Assembly: GCF_902728285.1 (NCBI RefSeq)
Contig: NW_027103286.1
Coordinates: forward strand, 3,228,497-3,292,496
Length of the DNA stretch: 64,000 nt
DNA from: Clytia hemisphaerica
Taxonomy: Eukaryota
Direction: 5' to 3'
Position 1 is the stretch's first letter, and every line of letters starts with the position of its first letter. This document shows, piece by piece, positions 58,901-64,000 of the stretch. The position numbers and the translations under genes were made by a program. The notes beneath the pieces were generated by a model that saw only the letters and a program-made list of their open reading frames with translations, ran no database searches and was not told the DNA's origin.

Positions 58901-61167
58901 CAAAACACCCAAAGTCCCACCTAAAGAAATTAACTCCCACCTTAACTTGTTTCTCCCACCTAAAACCTGGAAAACCCCAAATCCCACCTGAAAATTTTCG
59001 ACCCAAATCAGCAAACCCCCCCCCCACTATTCTGGGGGGGGTGCACACTATGAGATTCCAATTTTAAAATCTTGTAAAAAGGTCCAAAAATGGACAATAA
59101 ATTGTCCTAAAAAACAACTTTAAAACAAAAATTCATTCAAGATCCTTACAGATCAGGCTCGAAATACCTCAAACATAAGATAATTAAAATTAAAATCGTT
59201 GAACGGCCCCTCTCGTGGACAATCTGTTGTCCTAAAGGCAAATGTATTAACCACTTTTTGTGCTTTAACACTAGGGATTCAACCATTTTATCAGCTTATT
59301 TAAGCTAAAATTTTGCACAAAACTGTATGAATGGTTCACAATTAATTTTCAGGTAGCAAATTTTGGTTATTCGGTCCCAAAAAGGACAATGATATTGTCC
59401 TTTTTGTAAAATATCACGGTTAAAATTAAGGACAACTTTATTGTCCTATTTTGGGACCCAAGAACGTAAAAAGTGGGCCATTTTACTATTAGGAGTTTAA
59501 AACAACCATTCAGCTTTAGTTTAAACTAGGTTTGGTATAGACTAAGCTTAAATGGCCCTTTTTAGGACAATCTTTTTGTCTGGACAACAAATTAGCCATA
59601 TTTGGGCCATTTAACCCCTGGAGTGATTTTAACCATCTTTTACCCTTTCTAATGTTAAATATAGAGGTTTTCTGAGATTTTCCCTAATTTTTTATGTAAT
59701 TTGAGCAAGTTATTACAAAAGCCTTATTTTAAGCCATTTTTGGCATGGTGCATGATTTGTACCTTCTTGTTGACAGTGTCCATACAAGGTAATTACCCTC
59801 TGACAAAAAGATGCATTGAGGTAGAGTAGTAGTATACACTCTTTTCTCATTCAAAACCAGGAATGCGCCACTTTTCTTTTTTGTGGTGGTTGTATAAGAA
59901 TGGACTTGGTAAGAATTATATTAATTAAATTCACCATAATCAAAATTGACCGAAAAATGCAAATTATGTTAAGTTAGCAACAGCAACTAATATTGCCATC
60001 TTTTTCGACTGAAATATGTATCATAATATTAATAATAATAATAAATTGTTGAATTAATAAAATGTTAAATTTATGTAGGGGTTTGGGTTATAGGAATTAT
60101 GAATAGTCCATCATAACTATAAACTATATGGCTTAGAAATATGGCAGTGTGTCTGTCTGCATTTGTGTCTTGGTCCTGGAGTTGAACCTATGCTAAGGTA
60201 ATTCTCCCAGAGGGGGGTACTACCCTTGCCAACCGACAGGGGTGTGCTGCTGAAGTTCGAAAAATGGACCCTGTTCTGTAAAGTGGCTGGGTCTTGTTTT
60301 ATGAAAAAAGTGACCCTGAATGAATAGGACTGAAATTCCAAAATGTTCTCAAAATGTTCTATTTTTTTCTAAATTTCCCCAAAAAGGTACCCTACGAGGT
60401 ACTGATTTTTCTATTTTGGTGTTTTTGCAACCCTACCCCGGATGACTGAATAAAGATACGCTGGACCCTGATCCTGATGGACCAGCAGCCACATCCCCTG
60501 CCTGACCTGTAGCTGTACCCCCTTTTACCCAAGTAATTACTCTGGGTAATTTGGGGCAAATGAGTATACTTACAGTAAAGAACAGTTCACCAATGGAGAA
60601 TACGGATTATCACACGTTTCTTCAGCAGAAGTGACAGTGAATATTACAAAGATACACAGAAAAATAAACCAACAAAATCTAGAAATTTCTTTCATCTTCG
60701 CTCTCGATTACCATATTTCGCCGGAGTTACTTCGTGTAAACAAATCCCGTATTTAATTAGCCTGCTATTTGTTAGCAAGAAACTTCGTGCTACTTCTACA
60801 TGAAAAGTTTTCAAAATGGTAGGCCTAGGCGGTACAATTTTTTAAAATCTAAGACATCATCCACCATATCACATCATCCTGTCATCACTGCTGACTGCCA
60901 TTTGGATCTAATTATATTGATTAAAATTCATCAGCTTTAACTCGAAAGAACATGCCACGAGATCGATCAAGATCACCACGAAGGAAAGGTAAATAAGGAC
61001 CTTTAAAGAGCTCATTTTTAACCTAAAGTTTTCAGAGAAAAACCTTTGGCTTTACTTGACAGTTAGTGAGAGTACTTCGATTTGTGAAGCGTCTTTACGT
61101 GGCTTAGAACAAAGAAAATAGCAAAAGAAGAAAGGAATTACCCATAGGTAATATTACGGAAATAGAC

Positions 61168-61335
61168 CTTTTTTTAAAGAGGCAACCCTGTTGAATAATT
61201 ATGTAGTCCAGCATAAAAACAATGATACAGCCAGGCATAATTACTGTTTCATGCATATTATAATAATTATGCATGGCTATATCATTGTTTTTTTTGCTGG
61301 ACTACATAATTATTCAACAGGGTGGCCTCATTAAA
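61168..61335. mobile_element. Foldback element with arms of about 75 bp (AAAGAGGCAACCCTGTTGAATAATTATGTAGTCCAGCATAAAAACAATGATA…). A second copy is at 61888-62075.
   Basis: A long, nearly perfect inverted repeat separated by a loop of about 20 bp. It is duplicated about 720 bp downstream with over 85% identity. Confidence 0.6.
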
Positions 61336-61887
61336 AAAAGGTCTATGGGAATCCTCATATCGAATACATACCGTGTGAAGTCGGTAACTTGCATCGGAGG
61401 GAAACTTGCATGCATTAGCAGCCATCAAATGACTGGATGCTCTACTCTACCATTTTGTTTTGATTTAACTTTGTATTTTAATGACCAGCCAGGTCATTCA
61501 TTTGAGGGGTATGCATGTTAGCCTACACTGATGCAAGTTACCCGTTCTAGGGTAGAGCATCTTCTGAAAATTTCATAGACCTTTTCGCCTTTCCATCCGC
61601 CATATCGAATGGCATGCAAAAATTATGGTGGTCTAATTGCTGTGGTGAGATTTCATTGAAAAGTATGCAAAACCTATGCAAAAAGAAAGTATTATAAAAC
61701 TTACATGCATAATTGGCATTATATATTAAAGTTAAATCTTGTAGAAGAAAGATTAAATTTGCTTCTCTCAAAAACTAAAAATGATTATAGTCCCTCATAT
61801 CACAAGCACTTCAAAAAAACATAAAAACATTAGACATATCTCAAGTTGAAAAATCACCAGCGAAAATAATCCTTATTCGGCTGACAG

Positions 61888-62075
61888 TAAATTATAGACC
61901 TTTTTTCAAAGAGGACGTCCTATTGAATAATTTTGTAGTCCAGCCATAAAAACAATGATAGAGCCATACATAATTACTGTATCATGCATAATGTAATAAT
62001 TATGCATGGTTTTATCATTGTTTTTCTGCTGGACTACATAATTATTCAACAGGGTGGCCTCTTTGAAAAAAGGTC
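61888..62075. mobile_element. Second copy of the foldback element.
   Basis: Same arms and loop as 61168-61335. Confidence 0.6.
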
Positions 62076-64000
62076 TATTCTATCTATATCTATCTATATA
62101 TTTCAGTAGTTAACAACATAAATGTTTGTTCTCCCTACATATAAAAGCATTAACAAAGATAAGATAAATTAAATTGGTTTAATAATAAAAAATGTTTGTA
62201 TGTTTATTCAATAATAAATATGTTAAAAATTCTAAAAAAAATCTAAGTATGTTTGGTTGAGGACAAAGCCTAGGTTATCGAGATTAAGAGTAACGAGCAT
62301 AAGGCTAAACAAAATGTTCTGAGAATGCCAAGATACGTGGAGGCAAAGTAGTAATGAGAAGTTTGAGCCTGCTCAGGCTTAAGTCATGAGTAGTAATTAA
62401 TAATATTGACGTTCTAGGCAAACTAAAATGGTGTAAAGTTAAATCAAAAGTTAAATTAAAAGTTAAAAATTTAATTAAATTAAATTTTAAAATAAACCAG
62501 TATTGTGCTAAAAAGATTAATAAACTAACTAGAAATAAAGAGACATAGCTAAAGTAAAAATATTTTTGGTAAGTAGGCAAGTGACGTCAAAACAAAATTG
62601 CTTCAAAGATGATTAAGTGAGTAGAGTGCAAAGATATATGAATTGGATAAAATAGGTTAGGGCAGGGCAATCCGATGATTAAGTGAAGTATGGGAATGTA
62701 TGGGAATAGAACCGCCAAATGATCAAATCACAACATCTGAATCCTCTGATTTACAGCAGCATTTACTAACGTGTTCCGCTTGACCTTGTATATTCAAACA
62801 AGGGGTTTTAATATTTTCTTGCACATGAAAGAATGTGTGACGTCATAATTACTGCGTGTTTTGAAAGTTTGATGTGTGTACTCCGTCTTTGTGGAATTTT
62901 TTAATGGCATGAAAACAGAATGTGCTGGGTCTTTAAGAACAAATTTCTAAAGGGCTTTTGTTGTGTTGTTCTGTAAATATTTCTTTTTGGATTAAGAAAT
63001 TCCATCTTTTATTGTTCTAACAATTATAATTAGATGCTTTGTTGTCTTTTTAATCTTTGTGTAAACTTGCATATATGTTTTGCATATTTTCCAACTAAAT
63101 CCAACTAAAAAAGCAGTTTTCGTTCCTGTATTTTTGCATACAATTTAAGATGGCGGATGGAAAGGCGAAAAGGTTTTCTTCCCCATAAATGTGAAAATGA
63201 AAAACAAAGAAGCTTTCGTTTTCTGATTGTCTTTTTAATCTGCCATGAAGTGTTATAAAATTCCTTAATATAGAAAGACACATTCTCCTACAAACAGGCT
63301 TAAAAAAAAAAAACTATGTCACACAACCACTGAGCGCTGACTTTTAGTTTTATGATTTGTTTTCACTCGTTTGGTTTCCGTAATAAAAAGAAACTATTGT
63401 GAACTTTGAATATCATGAATTCCATATGTGACTAACGGACATTTCCACTGTTTAGCAGGCTAGAAGTCAAGCTTGAAAATAGGAATAAAACTTCTTTTGG
63501 TGTGGTAACTATCAGTGGGGGTCAAAGTTTCAAGAACCATATAAAACTTTTTCTCTTGACTTTCACTTGGTCAGAAATTGCAATTAATAGGCCCGTGACT
63601 AACGGACACAAAAATTAACATCTAAAATGGGACACTTTTACAATCAGCTGTAAAGTGCTGTTCCTAAAGCTACAGTTTTGGTTTTTTGCTTAAATTCACT
63701 AGAGGAAAGGTTGAATTTTATGTTTCAAAATTAATTTTGAAAAAAAATTGTCAAAGTAAGAAAATATGACAAAAATTGGGCAAAAAATGCTGTGACTAAC
63801 GGACATTTAAAAACGTGACTAACGGACAAAACGGTTTTTTAATGATTCTGACGAGGCAATCCAACCATTCCTATATTTGGTGCTTTAGGGGTGAAATGTT
63901 ATATCAATAGAATGAAAAAAGCCTAAAAGAATAGAAGAAATCTCATTTTTCTCTGTGTGGTACCGTTCCTGTCAAGTTCATAGATCCCGAAAATTTGAAA

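Noticed and set aside
1-64000. Prokaryotic-style novel system (defence island, operon, toxin-antitoxin)
   Set aside because: The sequence has spliceosomal introns with GT-AG and polypyrimidine tracts, SINE and MITE content, satellites, and sparse genes on both strands separated by kilobases. There are no co-directional tightly packed ORFs and no RBS-like spacing, so no such system is present.

Overview
This 64 kb window reads as AT-rich nuclear DNA from an invertebrate metazoan, not a prokaryotic locus. It shows GT-AG introns with polypyrimidine acceptors, a dense load of non-autonomous TIR and foldback elements (MITE-like), satellite and minisatellite arrays, degenerate tRNA-like heads, and long homopolymer G/C runs. 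I see no operon-like organisation, CRISPR array or defence-island structure.

Seven protein-coding genes are supported by their translations (exon ends approximate, about ±3 bp):
- A nucleoplasmin/nucleophosmin-like gene on the minus strand, about 440-3962 with its 5' exon not found. It has an NPM core exon plus several acidic exons and a K/P-rich tail exon.
- A four-exon ankyrin-repeat protein with an RS-rich exon and a C-terminal coiled coil, plus strand, 22017-26489.
- An intronless orphan rhodopsin-like GPCR, plus strand, 30212-31225, lying wholly inside an intron of the next gene.
- A seven-exon WD40 gene on the minus strand, 29378-33405, that resembles WDR54.
- An intronless BAP18 (C17orf49)-like SANT-domain gene, minus strand, 33998-34762.
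- An unannotatable Q-rich 128-aa ORF, plus strand, 47494-47880.
- The 3' exons of a TM2-domain (TM2D1-like) gene, minus strand, 49595-51007.

Most ORFs in the six-frame track fall inside repeats or antisense to real exons and are rejected. The repeat landscape is the most unusual content. It includes several distinct TIR element families, some in inverted pairs tens of kb apart. One family has a tandemly amplified internal module inside an ankyrin-gene intron. Two clusters of short palindromic or direct motifs (GGACAATn4ATTGTCC and GTCACGGAAGGA) are worth a follow-up.
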